Source: the human T2T-CHM13v2.0 reference genome, Homo sapiens. From it: a DNA stretch of 64,000 nucleotides. The position numbers were made by a program, and so were the translations under genes. Below, piece by piece: positions 1 to 12,395 of this stretch (positions are counted from its first letter, which is position 1; each line of letters starts with the position of its first letter). The stretch lies in assembly GCF_009914755.1 (NCBI RefSeq), contig NC_060933.1; one strand, 5' to 3'. The notes below the pieces were generated by a model. The model was not told the DNA's origin. It was given only the letters and a program-made list of their open reading frames with translations, and ran no database searches.

Positions 1-397
1 CAGTCCCAGATCCTAAGGTGGCCCAGTAACAGCAGGGGGACAGGGGGACCTGCCCTCGGTCCTCAGTTTTTTCATGGTCCTTGCCTCCCTTCCAAGCCCC
101 TCTACTATCCTGGCACCATTTCTTCCTGGGCACCTAACGCAGACCTCATCCTCTGTCCTCTTTAGTTTTTATTAAAGAGACAGCTGATGAGGACTTAGAG
201 TGCTACCCCTGCAGAGGAACAGAGAAGGGAGGTGTGTGGTGAGAAGAGGTTTGGTCAATGTGTGATTTTTCTTGCAATGCCCCTTTATCAACCTGAGGTA
301 AGGGCACTTTGGGTACTTTGGTTTGGGTTGAGAAGATAATTTGGGATATGTTGGGTGAATGATTTGAAATGAAGCAGTCAGACCATTTAAGAACACG

Positions 398-522
398 GGC
401 TTTGGAATCAGAGATCTGAGTTCAAATATGAGTTTCACTGCTTCACTTCCTGATTATGCCACCTCAGGCAGGTTACTTGACATTGTTGTGTCTCACTTTT
501 ATCATTTGCATCTGCAAAATAA
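398..522 (+). mobile_element. MIR SINE fragment
   Basis: ggctttggaatcaga..ctgagttcaaat..caggttactt..catctgcaaaat follows the MIR 5'/core pattern; boundaries approximate. Confidence 0.7.
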
Positions 523-596
523 TTGTCCTAAAAACCAATTCATAGAGTTGGCTCAAGGACACAGCTGGTACCAAGTGAATGATGGTCATACATGTA

Positions 597-629
<33 letters not shown>

Positions 630-634
630 CAGAG
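597..634. repeat. (TG)n(AG)n compound microsatellite
   Basis: Direct read: about 11 TG units followed by an AG run. Confidence 0.95.
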
Positions 635-677
635 AAAGGGAGGGAGGAAGAGAGTGTGTGTTTTTGCATATGACTTA

Positions 678-878
678 GCATTTATTGAGTACTTCTTTGG
701 TAGAAACTATGCTAATTGTCATGTGTATATGATTATCTGATACAGATTTTATTAAACCCATTTTACAGATGAGAAAAATGGAAGCTCAGACAACTTAAGT
801 AATTTGACTCAGGTCAAATGGCTAGAAAGTGCAGACCCAGGATTTGAGATTTAAATCAGGTTTCTTGATGCCAAAGCA
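678..878 (-). mobile_element. MIR SINE
   Basis: cccattttacagatgagaaaa..gctcaga..aagtaatttg..caggtca..gctagaaagt: MIR core in reverse orientation. Confidence 0.8.
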
Positions 879-2639
879 CCTGTGTATGGGTAGTCTTTCT
901 AATACACAGCAAAGTGGAAGCTGTCTCTCTTGACCTTGAGCCACTCCTTGCGGCAAAGTTTCCAGTTAACATGAAACCCAATCAGATTCCCCAAAATAGC
1001 AGCCTGTTCCTCTAGGGAGAAGAGGAGCCCCACCCAAAGCTTGCTCCAGAGTCTTGGAGGAAAGAAAAAGGAGGGAGCAGAGAGTCTTGCTTAAAAATGT
1101 GACACATATTTTCCAGGAGCTGCCTCCAGGCCTGGGATGGAGATTCTGAGCATCATGATTTTAAACTTTTTACTTAATTTTTCATTCTTGCTTCAGGCCT
1201 GGGCAAGCTGGACTCTCGAGTCTTGAACAAAAATGGAAAAATAAGGGCTGCAGTTGAAATCATTTCACTGTGCCTATTTCACATGATGCTGCCTGCAAAA
1301 AATATAGCAAACAAGATTCCTCTGTTCAGTTTATCTCCAGAAAGAGGGAACCTGCATGGAGAAACTGTAAGGAGTGAGAGAGAGGTTTCGGAGAAAGATG
1401 AGCTTTAGCTTTGCAAAGGTGGGATTTGTTTTGCACAGTAAATTTCTGGAATTATTTCATTTGATTTCCCATTGTTTGAGTGTACTGGGTGGTACACCTT
1501 GTGCTAGGCACTGGAGGAGCTCTTAGAGGATTTAAAGAGTCATAATCTCTAAGTGATATGAGTAGTGGGGTTTGTTCAAAGAAGAGAACTAGCAAAGAGC
1601 AGGGCATAATGAACTAACTATAGGTCAATTTTCTCCTCTTTCAAGTCCTAGTTTAAACACAGAATACAAAATATGTCTTTCAAAATGATCATCTTTCACT
1701 AAAGGAAGCTGATTAAATGTACAGGTGCAGCCTCTAGACCTTCCTCACATGCTTTTCTCTAGCTGGAAGCAGAGCAATGCAATTTACATGGGCACTGTGA
1801 TCAATTCTTAACATGGGGATTGTGAAGCACTCAAAGAGACTTGATTGGATTAAAGACTGATAAATCTTTCCTTTAAGTTTTCTGAAAATGATAAAAAGAA
1901 AACAAACAAACAAAAAAAAAGAAATAAAATCTACTCCATCTTCCGTGAACGTGGAAATAGCTATAACCCTGAACCACAGACTTTGATATATTCCTACTTA
2001 GCACCACGAAATCTTGTTATGGACCTGAAACTGGGTGCAGATTTTCCTAGAAGTGCCACAATCCTCAAAAGACCATTCAGTGGTCCTTTGATTAAAGTAG
2101 AAGAATTTAAAATTGTGGCAAGCCATGGAAGAAGAGAGATAATGCTATAAAAAACCACTGGTCTGGAGATGGACGCTATATCATGATATTTGTAACTGAT
2201 TGTGATTTAGCCCACCTAGATGGTCACTGCATCTCTGGGGAAAAGAAAGGTGGAGGATGACATGAAAATAGCGTTCACCGAATGACAAGCCAGAAGGCTT
2301 GTGTATACAGAGATAGCATGGAAGCCAAACTGATCTTCCAAATACCTAAACCAGAAAGAATTGACAGCTGCATGCAGGAATGGAAGGGTTAAATTTGATA
2401 AAAGTGTTCTGGAAAACAAACTTGCAATAAAAATGAATACTGCCTTTAAAGAACTTCCCTCCATCTTTGACTTCTGCACTCCTCACTCTGCACAATATTG
2501 TTTAGTAAATACTTTGTCATGTTAAAAAGAATTATGAGCAAGAAATAAGAACAGAAGTTTATGCATAGACACTGAATAAGCAAAGCAATGAAAAGCAAAC
2601 AAAAGAACACACATCACTGGAGGAAGAGTTCTAGCAAAT

Positions 2640-3300
2640 AGTTTTCCAGTTCCTGACAGCTTCAAGAACATTAGGTCACCCTGATATCTCTTTTGCATAA
2701 AAAAGGGAGCTCTGAGCTAAAAAGCAAGAGTTCTAGTTTAAAAAAAAGGAAAAAAAAAAAAAAAAGAAGGTGAGAAGAGCTCAAGAAATAATCAAAGAAG
2801 AAATTTTAAGTAATATTGAAGTGGAAGACACATGAAAATTCCAGAAGTAGAATGAACTCAACTGAAAACATAGTCAAGGACAAAGCTGTGCTTGAGAACA
2901 ATCACATTAGAAAATGTTTTATGAGATGAAAATAATTTAACAGAAAGAAACATCATCATATTACATGCCAAGAAATTTTTATATAGAATCAACAGCATAG
3001 ATCCCAGTAAATTTAATACATTTCAGATGTGATAATAATAATGTAATAATAATAATAAAGTAATTTAGAAGGAAAAAATTCAGAGTTGCCTTATACTCCT
3101 CCACAGCAACATGTAATAGCAGAAGACAGTGGCATAATATCCATAATGTTTAAAGGGAAGAAAACTAGACCCATTATACCCAGCATAGCTTGTCTTTAGA
3201 AGATGAAGACAAAGGATCTACAACCTCAGACATGCAGATATTCATCCTATGGCATGCATAAATCTTCCTTAGAATTAAAAAAACAGACACAAGACAAAGA
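2640..3300 (+). mobile_element. Ancient L1/HAL1 ORF1-like remnant
   Basis: A-rich + strand; ..gaagacagtggcataatatccataatgtttaaagggaagaaaactagacccattatacccagc..ttgtcttt resembles the decayed C-terminal region of L1 ORF1. Confidence 0.4.
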
Positions 3301-3482
3301 AATGCACCCAATGAAGAAATGAAAAAGGAAAAAAAAAAACTTAGAGAAGTCTAGGAAAAAGATTGATTGGTAGTGAACATTAAATCCATTTAAGTATATA
3401 ACTAAGATTACTAGCTCTGAGTATTACTATTACCTAGTAGAATAAAATATTATAAAACTTGACAATAAAAATAATACTGTAA

Positions 3483-3784
<302 letters not shown>

Positions 3785-4767
3785 TATAATTTTTAAAAAT
3801 ATCTTCAATCTAATTTTTTAAAATAACATTTTCTGCCTTGAACTTTAGAGGAGATTTTCATAAGTGAAATCTATTTGTGTAAGGAAACTTAAATAAATTT
3901 TTCAGTTACTCCTTTAGTTTCATGTTAGGCTCTACTTTATAATACATTCAAGACAAGTGAAAATAATCCTTTACATTTTAAGTGGGCTGCATTGGACGAC
4001 TCTGCTTTCATTGAGGGGATATGTATAGGTAATGATTAGTTTAAAGAAGACATATCTGTGATTTTTTTTCTTAATCAAATTTGTATCTGTTTTAAGAAGT
4101 GCACATGATGGAATCAAGTGGGCAATCTCTCAGAAGCCATAGGAGATGTGTTAATAAAATAGTAGAATAGGGATCAAATAGAATTAGATTGAAATTAAAA
4201 TCTATGAAGGTGAAGAAGAAAAAAGAATAATGAATAAAAGATGAGGAAATGAGGAAAGATGTACTGTGCCTTAGGACTACTGAATACCATAATAAGCCAT
4301 GCTCAGTAGTAAAAGAGAATGTCATAGGAAGTGTGTATTACAACTGTGAGCCCTACACAGCTCAACACTTATACTTGGTAGGCTTCTTATAACATCTGAT
4401 ACTAATACGCCCTTTGCATTAAAAATAAAAGTTTTTTGTACAATTAACCTTCTCAAATGTCATCAACAAGTCATCAGGACTGATGTTTAACCAAATCTGC
4501 TTCTACCTTTTGAAATTAAGATCAGCTATATTATTCTCTCAAGAGTTTTATCATTAGACTCTGGACTTGGATGTCTATCCCACTCATGGTTATAGACTCT
4601 GTGAAGAATATATATTGTGTAATTTTTGCATGTTTATTTACTATCCTTCAGAATCTGGCATAGTACTTGGCATGTAGTAGTGCTTAATAAGTGTTTGTGA
4701 ATTGAATTAACAAGTATTTGTGAATGATATGTGTATGAAGATTAAGCCCTCTTCCCAAGGTGCACCT

Positions 4768-4975
4768 AGGAAGGGGAACATCACACACCAGGGCCTGTCA
4801 TGGGGTGGGGGAGCAGGGGAGGGATAACATTAGGAGATATACCTAATGTAAATGATGAGTTAATGGGTGCAGCACACCAACATGGCACATGTATACATAT
4901 ATAACAAACCTGCGCATTGTGCACATGTACCCTAGAACTTAAAGTATAATAAAAAAAGGAAAAAAAAATAAAAAA
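4768..4975 (+). mobile_element. L1PA 3' end (5'-truncated, young primate L1)
   Basis: aggggaacatcacacac..gggtgcagcacaccaacatggcacatgtatac..ccctagaacttaaagtataataaaaaa. Confidence 0.95.
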
Positions 4976-5638
4976 TATATAGTGCCAACTACTGTTATAT
5001 TCTAGAGTGACCCATGCAGAATATGCAGAGGATGAGCTTAAAGATTATGTGACCAATAGCCCAATATTCACCTGGAGGATATAAAATGAATGAAAAGAAG
5101 ATTTCACTCACTTCAGTGAGTGAGTGAAGCTTTAAGGAGACTGGAAACTGTAGGCAGTGGCTGACGCTGGCTTCCTCTCTGTTAAAGCCTAATAAGAAAA
5201 ACTGTGCCTGGTATTTGCTCTGGTAATAGATGATGAGGGAGAGTTCTACTGAAAAATACCTGCTCTTCCAGAGTGCATTGGAGCATAGGATATATACTTC
5301 TAATGGGTCAGATGGTGGTCCCTTGGAAAGAGCTGCCCAGGAGTCATCCAAAAGAGGTTGTAATTTTTCCCAAGAGAGATTTCTGGATGGGTGATGAGAC
5401 CCCAGTAGAAAGTATCAATGAGGTCACCAGAGGCCAAAGGGAAATTGTAGGGAGTCCACCACAGGATACTGGAAGTGGGACACCCTGAGGTGATGGAGGA
5501 ATGTCCATGAAGGACTTATAAACACATCTTCAAAAAGCTTCAGATTTGAACATCCATGGAACCCAGACTCAGATTTTAGATCCCATTATGCCCAATGGAA
5601 ACCAATACTAGATTATATTAGCATTGAAAAAGGAACAC

Positions 5639-6188
5639 TGTGATGGTTAATAATGAGTGTCAACTTGATTGAATTGAAGGATGCAAAGTATTGTTCCTAA
5701 GTGTGTCTGTGAGGGTGTTGCCAAAGGAGATTAATATTTGAGTCAGTGGACTGGGAGAGGCAGACCCACCCTCAATCTGAGTGGCCATCATCTAATCAGC
5801 TGCCTGCGAGGATAGAATAAAGCAGGCAGAAGAACGTGGAAGGATTTGACTTGCTAAGTCTTCCAGCTTTCATCTTTCTCCTGTGCTGGATGCTTCCTGC
5901 CCTTGAACATTGGCCTCGATGTTCTTCAGCTTTTGGACTCTTAGAGTTACACCAGTGGTTTGCCAGGGGCTCTTGGGCCTTTGGCCACACATTGAAGGGT
6001 GCTCTGTTGGCTTTCATACTTTGAGGTTTTGGGACTTGGACTGGCTTCCTTTCCCCTCAGCTTGCAGATGGCCCTATTGTGGGACCTCACCTTGTGATTG
6101 TGTGAGTAAATACTCCTTAATAAACTCCCCTTCATATATACTATCTATCCTATTACTTCTGTACTTCTAGAGAACCCTGACTAATACA
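5639..6188 (+). mobile_element. MLT2 (HERV-L) solo LTR, MLT2A/B-like
   Basis: Starts tgtgatggttaata..tgtcaacttgattg; ends ctagagaaccctgactaataca. Confidence 0.92.
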
Positions 6189-6324
6189 GAGACCTTTCCT
6201 GCCCTTTATTTCCCCTCAGTGTTCCAGTGAAATCCTGAGGAGCCAGAGGCAGCTTCCTGAATGGGTGAAGGGATAACAGCCCTCACAAGGAAAAAGAGAG
6301 AAAGGCAGCCATGTCCCTGTGTTT

Positions 6325-6500
6325 CTCCCATTTTTAAAACCATCAGATCTCATGAGACTCACTCACTATCATGAGAACAGCACAGAAAAGACCCGCCCCC
6401 ATGGTTTAATCATCTTTCACTGGGTCCCTCCCACAACACATGAGAATTATGTGAGCTACAAGATGAGATTTGGGTGGGGACATACAGCCAAACCATATCA
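6325..6500 (-). mobile_element. THE1 (THE1A-like) 3' LTR, truncated
   Basis: Reverse of tgatatggtttggc at 6500; collinear with 8268-8443 (about 19 differences in 176 bp by eye); distal ~190 bp absent. Confidence 0.92.
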
Positions 6501-8077
6501 TTCTCCCCTGACACCTCCCAAATATCATGTCTTCAGATTTCAAAACCAATTATGCCTTCCCAACAGTCCCTCAAAGTCTTAACTCATTTCAGCATTAACT
6601 CAAAAGTCCACAGTCCAAAGTCTTATCTACGACAAGGCAAGTCTCTTTGGCCTATGAGCCCGTAAAATCAAAAGCAAGTTAGTTACTTCCTAGATGCAAT
6701 GGGGGTACAGGCATTGGGTAAATACAGCCATTCCAAATGGGGAAAATTGGCCAAAACAAAGAGGCTACTGGCCCCATGCAAGTTTGAAAACCAGCAGGGC
6801 AATCAAATCTTAAAGCTCCCAAATGATCTCTTTTAGCTCCATGTCTCACATCCAGGTCACACTGATGCAACAGGTAGGCTCCCATGGTCTTGGGCAGCTC
6901 TGCCCCTGTGGCTTTTCAGGGTACAGCCTCCCTCCCAGCTGCTTTCATGGGCTGGTGTTGAGTGTCTGTGGCTTTTCCAGGCAAACGGTGCAAGCTGTCA
7001 GTGGATCTGCCATTCTGGGGTCTGGAGGATGGTGACCTTCTCCTCAAGGCTCCACTAGGTGGTGCCCCAGTAGGGACTCTGTGTGGGGGCTCCAACCCCA
7101 CACTTCCCTTCCGCACTGCCCTAGCAGAGGTTCTCCATGAGCTCCCTGCTTCTGCAGCAAACTTCTGCCTGGATATCCAGGCATTTCCATACATCCTGAA
7201 ATTTAGATGGAGGTTCCCAAACCTCAGTTCTTCACTTCTGTGCACTGACAGGCTCAGCACCACTTGGAAGCTGCCAAGGCTTGAGGCTTACACACTCTGA
7301 AGCCATAGCCCAAGCTCTACATTGGCCCCTTTCAGCTGTGGCTGGGGTGGCTGGGATGCAGGGCACCAAGTCCCAAGGTTGCACACAGCACTGGGACCCT
7401 GGGTCCAGCCCATGAGACCATGTTTTTCTCCTAGGCTTCCGGGTCTGTGATGGGATGGGCTGCCATGAAGACCTCTGACATGCCCTGGATGCATTTTACC
7501 CATGGTCTTGGGGATTAACATTCAGCTCCTCATTACTTATGCAAATTTCTGCAGCTGGCTTGAATTTCTCCTTAGAAAAATGGGATTTTCTTTTCTATCG
7601 CATTGTCTGGCTGCAAAATTTCCAAACTTTTATGCTCTGTTTCCCTTATAAAACTGAATGCCTTTAACAGCACCCAAGTGACCTCTTGCATGCTTTTCTG
7701 CTTAGAGATTTCTTCTGCCAGATACTCTAAATCATCTCTCTCAAGTTCAAAGTTCTACAAATCTCTAGGGTAGGGGCAAAATGCCACCAGTCTCTTTGCT
7801 AAAACATAGCAAGATTCACCTTTGCTCCGGTTCCCAACAAGTTCCTTATTTCCATCTGAGACCACCTCAGTGTGGCCCTTATTGTTCACATCACTATCAG
7901 CATTTTTGTCAAAGCCATTGAACAAGTTTCTAGGAGGTTCCAACCTTTCCCATATTTCCCTGTCTTCTTCTGAGCCTTCCAAACTGTTCCAACCTCTGCC
8001 TGTTACCTATTTCCAAAGTCGCTTCCGCATTTCAGGTCTCTTTTCAGCAGTGCTCCACTCTACTGGTACCAATTTAG
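6501..8077 (-). mobile_element. THE1 internal region (MaLR, decayed ORF)
   Basis: ~1.58 kb between the two THE1 LTRs; minus-strand fragments such as MYGNAWISRQKFAA and ELVGNRSKGESCYVLAKRL are MaLR-int translations. Confidence 0.95.
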
Positions 8078-8443
8078 TGTATTAGTCCATTTTTGTGCTG
8101 CTGATAAAGACATACCCAAGACTGGGCAATTTACATAAGAAAGAGGTTTAACTGGACTTACAGTTTCATGTGGCTGGGGAAGTCTCTGAATCATGGCAGA
8201 AGGCAAGAAGGAGCAAGTCCCATCTTATGTGGATGGCAGCAAGCAAAAGATAACTTGCACAGGGAAACTCCCATTTTTAAAACCATCAGATCTCCTGAGA
8301 CCCACTCACTGTCATGAGAACAGCATGGGAAAGATCCAACCTCATGATTTACTCATCTTCCATTGGGTCCCTCCCACAACACGTGGGAATTATGGGAGCT
8401 ACAAGATGAGATTTGGGTGGGGACACAGAGCCAAACCATATCA
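8078..8443 (-). mobile_element. THE1 (THE1A-like) 5' LTR
   Basis: tgtattagtcc...gccaaaccatatca, 366 bp. Confidence 0.95.
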
Positions 8444-9114
8444 TCATCTTTAAGGAGACATTATTAAGTTTATGATAAAGGCTCTGATAAAATGCCCATG
8501 CTTGGAGATGAAGTAGCCTTAAAAAATTGATTGCAACTTAATTCGCTCACTAGCACAAGAGTGTCCTTTGTAAAACTGAGCAGAAATCAGCTCCTAGAAA
8601 TAATGAATGTTTATCAATTAATTGGATTGATGATTTCTTATCAGACCTTTCTCTGGTTGGATTATTTACTCTAGACACTCCACTGTTTGTTAATGTATTG
8701 CTAAGATTGCTATGATCATATTAAATCCCAAGTTTATTCCTCAAGGGATTTTATATCTGTTTTGTTTGTCTAAGAACTGTGACCTCACTTGAGTCATTTA
8801 AACAATTCATATTTCTGCCTTTCCTTTAATAATCTTTCTCTTAGTCATCCCTGATAAATTTGGGCTTGTTTGCTTTTCAACATTCTGCTTTTGATGCATC
8901 CCATGACACTCAAGCAGAGCAGTTTTCTAGAAATTTAGAACAGAGGGCTAGACTTCATGGGCAATGTTAGTAATACAGCAATTTTCTGTATGTTATTAAT
9001 TTAGAGATAGATATATTTTAAGATAGTAAGTGAATAGAGAAGGAAAAAGGAGCACGGAAGGAAGACTAAACTTGAAAAAGAGGAATGAAGCAGCTAAACA
9101 GATGATCAATAATA

Positions 9115-9385
9115 ATGATTCCAGTTAATGGCAAGTTTCATTAATTAAGTAATTACTAGGTTCCAGGCCCTGCAAATTGTTTTATCCACATTATATTATG
9201 TAATTCTCAATACAACAGTAAGGTATATTCTTTTCCTCATGTTACCAAGGAAACTGAGGCTTGGAGATGTTAAATCACTTGCTACAGGTCATACAGCTTT
9301 TAAATCACAAAGAAAATTAATCGCAAAGAAACTTAGTTTCTTTTCAACTTCGCAGTCTATTACATCTTTAACCACTGTGCTCTGT
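9115..9385 (-). mobile_element. MIR SINE
   Basis: ggaaactgaggcttggagatgttaaatcacttgc..ggtcatacagct..ctttaaccactgtgc. Confidence 0.75.
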
Positions 9386-9409
9386 TGCCTCTTAAGTATG
9401 AGAATAAAC

Positions 9410-9630
9410 CAGTAGTTCTTCACTTGGAGTGATTTTACCCCCAGAAGATATTTGGCAATGTCTGGAGACATTTTGGTTGTCACAGCTTCTGGGTGGGAGG
9501 AAAAAGGGGTGCTACTGGCGTCTACTGGGTAAAGGCCAAGGATGCTGTGAAACATCCTACAATGCACAAGACAGCCCCTACAACAAAGACATACTTGGCT
9601 CAAAATATCAATAATGCTGAGATCAAGAAT
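9410..9630 (+). mobile_element. MER20 (hAT-Charlie DNA transposon)
   Basis: tttggcaatgtctggagacattttggttgtcaca..tgctactggc..aggatgctg..aaacatcctacaatgcaca. Confidence 0.9.
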
Positions 9631-10004
9631 GGAATGAAGTTACTGATCTTTTTAAAAATTATATTTTTATCTCATTAATATTAACACTAGTATGTCTAGA
9701 GGGACTGAAATTATACAAGGAAATGAGTTTGCTGTGCAGAAAGAAGAGGAAAAGGAATATACTTTGGAGTGGGACTTAGACCCTTGGGAGGAATTTGCTG
9801 ACCACAAACACGTCATTGTTAATAGTAAGTTCTGAGTTACCACTGCATGCCAGCCATCCTTTGCATGGGTGGTTTGGGGCCTACATAGAAAGAATTGGCC
9901 TTTGAATCAATACTCAATGATTGTAACAGATTTGCCTGTCTCCTGTGTTTTTGCTATTCTTTCTTTATGAAAAAAATTAGTGTCCATTTTAAAAGGAGGA
10001 TCTG

Positions 10005-10370
10005 TTACCTGCTATATTTAGCGTCATGAAGGAGGAGAACTGCAATATTTGCTTTCCATAAATTTGCAAAAAGAAAGATATTTTCCACCCACCCCCACCC
10101 ATGCAATGGTTTTCCACTGACAGCTGTATATATGGGTATCCTGCCATATATCTCTGGAGAGAAGAAGACCTGGGAGGCGTGGGCAGGCCAATGAATGGAG
10201 CCATTGACTCAGATGTTCCTCGATGGGCAGGCGTGATTATTTCAGGGGGCCAGTTCTTCCACTGTGACCGCATAGCTGAGGGCACAGCCAATGAATGAGC
10301 TTCACCCAATAATTTCTGGTTGATTCACATTTGGGTCAGTGATGTGGTGGGCAATGCCAGCTGCAGCCCC
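10005..10370. promoter_or_regulatory. Candidate enhancer (MEF2, E-box/MEIS, CACCC, AP-1, twin CCAAT)
   Basis: Repeat-free; CTATATTTAG 10012-10021, CACCC run 10085-10100, TGACAGCTG 10118-10126, TGACTCA 10205-10211, GCCAATGAATG at 10187 and 10287. Confidence 0.4.
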
Positions 10371-10574
10371 AGGCTCCAAGGGCAACTTTCCAAGCTGGGA
10401 CTCCTTACAATTCTGCCCTGTTAATGGAGGTTGGGGGAAAATCTAGGGTGGGTCCCTCCAGGCATGAGTGAGTGAGGCGAGGGAAAAGAAGGAAATGGTT
10501 TTCATAAATTATTGCTAGAGTTTTTAGAGAAATAAAAGCATGGGTTTGAGAAGGAGGTGGAGGACTCTCAGCAT

Positions 10575-11085
10575 CATGCCACTCCTATTGCTCTTCGGAT
10601 AAAGTTCAAATTGCCTCATGTGGCCTACTAGGCCTGTCATGAGCAGGTTGCCATGCTATCTTTCTCTCTAGCCTCCCCTTAGGCTGCCGTTATCTTCAAT
10701 ATCTACCCTCCAGTCAGGCTGACCACGTTTTAGTATCTCTAACACGGCATTGTTCTCTCCTCAAAGTCTTTGCAAATGCTATTACTTTATCCTGGAAGGG
10801 CTTACTCTTCAACCCCCAACCTGATTAAATCCTTCTCATCATTAGGATATAGTTGGGATGTAACTTTCTTGACCTCCCAGACTGGATCAGATTGTGGTTA
10901 CATGTTTCCATAGTAACTTGATCTTCTTCATTGCAGTTATTTCAATAGCTGTGTTTTCCATCTGTCTTCCTCATGAGTCTGTGAGCTATAGGAGGGCCAG
11001 AAAATATCTACCTTAGTTTATCTTCCATACCTAGTACCTAGTCCAGCGCCTGGCCCGTAGCAGGTTTTACTGAATATAGTACTTA
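10575..11085 (+). mobile_element. L2 LINE 3' region
   Basis: ctcctattgctcttcggataaagttcaaa..gtgagctataggagggc..ctagtacctagtccagcgcctggcccgtagcagg: L2 3' terminus. Confidence 0.75.
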
Positions 11086-11099
11086 ATAAAAAATAATAA

Positions 11100-11218
11100 G
11101 GGGGAGAAAGAAGGAGAGAAGAAAAGAAGGGAGGGAAGGAAGGAGGACAGGAGCAAGGAAGGATACATGGAAGAAAGGAAGAGGGGAAAGAAGTAGAAGA
11201 AAGAAAGAAGAAAGGGGA
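11100..11218. repeat. Purine-rich (GAA/GGAA) low-complexity tract
   Basis: Nearly pure A/G on the + strand. Confidence 0.85.
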
Positions 11219-11871
11219 TAATTTAATTTGTAAAACAAAAACAATTTCCAATCATCAGTTTCAACCTCTGGACTTATCTGTAAGGTGATGGCAGAATTGA
11301 AGTCTAAAATCTAAGTCTCCTGAATCTCAGTTCAATAGAACAAACAAATAAGTACAATAGATCCAGATATAATTCAGAGAGAGGTCAATTATCCTTGCAA
11401 CTTGGAGGAAGTATACGAGTTTGCTGTTTCTCAGTGAAAGCCAATTCCCTGTCGTGGCCTATTGAGCAGCCACATGTTCTATCTGTTGCTATTATTTGGA
11501 GTATGATTAGAGGCACCAGGAAAATAATTAGAAACATCAAGAGAAAGATTAGGTGCATCAGAAGAATGAGTAGGGGCATTAGCATTGATCAAGCAGGAAC
11601 TCTATGCCAAGGACTATGCAGGGCACATGAAACACATTTTCTCATGGCATCCTCACAAACCACACACTGAGGTGAGGATTGTCCCCCGCAGTGAGGCTAA
11701 TGAGAAAATCAAGACTCAGAGAGTTTCAGGGTATATGAGGAGAAAGAATAATACCCTGGAGACCTGGATGCTTTGGTCACTTATTCCCTTTCCCCACCCC
11801 AGGCCTACCTGATGACTTTTACTTACACTTCACATTTGATTCAAATGTCACTTTTTCAGGAGGCATTTTCT

Positions 11872-12175
11872 TTTTTTCTTTTTTTAAATTTTACTTTATG
11901 TTCTGGGGTACATGTGCAGAACGTGCAGTTTTGTTACATAGGTGTACATGTGCCATGGTGGTTTGCTGCACCCATCAACCCATCACCTGCATTAAGTATT
12001 TCTCCTAATGCTATCCCTCCCCTAGCTCCCCACCCCCCAACAGGCCCCGGTGTGTGTTGTTCCCCTCCCTGTGTCCATGTATTCTCATTGTTCAACTCCC
12101 ACTTATGAGTGAGAACATGCAGTGTTTGGTTTTCTGTTCTTGTGATAGTTTGCTGAGAATGATGGTTTCCAGCTT
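11872..12175 (-). mobile_element. L1PA7-like 3' end inserted into an L2
   Basis: ttttactttatgttctggggtacatgtgcagaacgtgcag..gatggtttccagctt; degenerate TSD ggaggcattttct (11859) / ggaggggatttct (12176). Confidence 0.92.
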
Positions 12176-12395
12176 GGAGGGGATTTCTTACCACCCTCAC
12201 TAGGTCAACTCCTCTCTTACAGACCTCCATTTCCTCTTTGTACTTGTCACTTCTAATCATGCATTTTTGAGTGATTAGTTGACTAGTATCTGAATGCAAG
12301 GCACATGTCTGCATTGGTTTGCCGTTGTTTTCCCAGCTCCTGAATAGCCCTGGCACATAACAGGTTGCCAATAACCACTTATGAGCAAATGAGTT
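12176..12395 (+). mobile_element. L2 3' end (continues ~11800-11870)
   Basis: cccagctcctgaatagccctggcacataacaggttgccaataa. Confidence 0.65.

Noticed and set aside
5103-5128. Hairpin tcactcact-tc-agtgagtga
   Set aside because: Short and built from a (GTGA)n micro-repeat.
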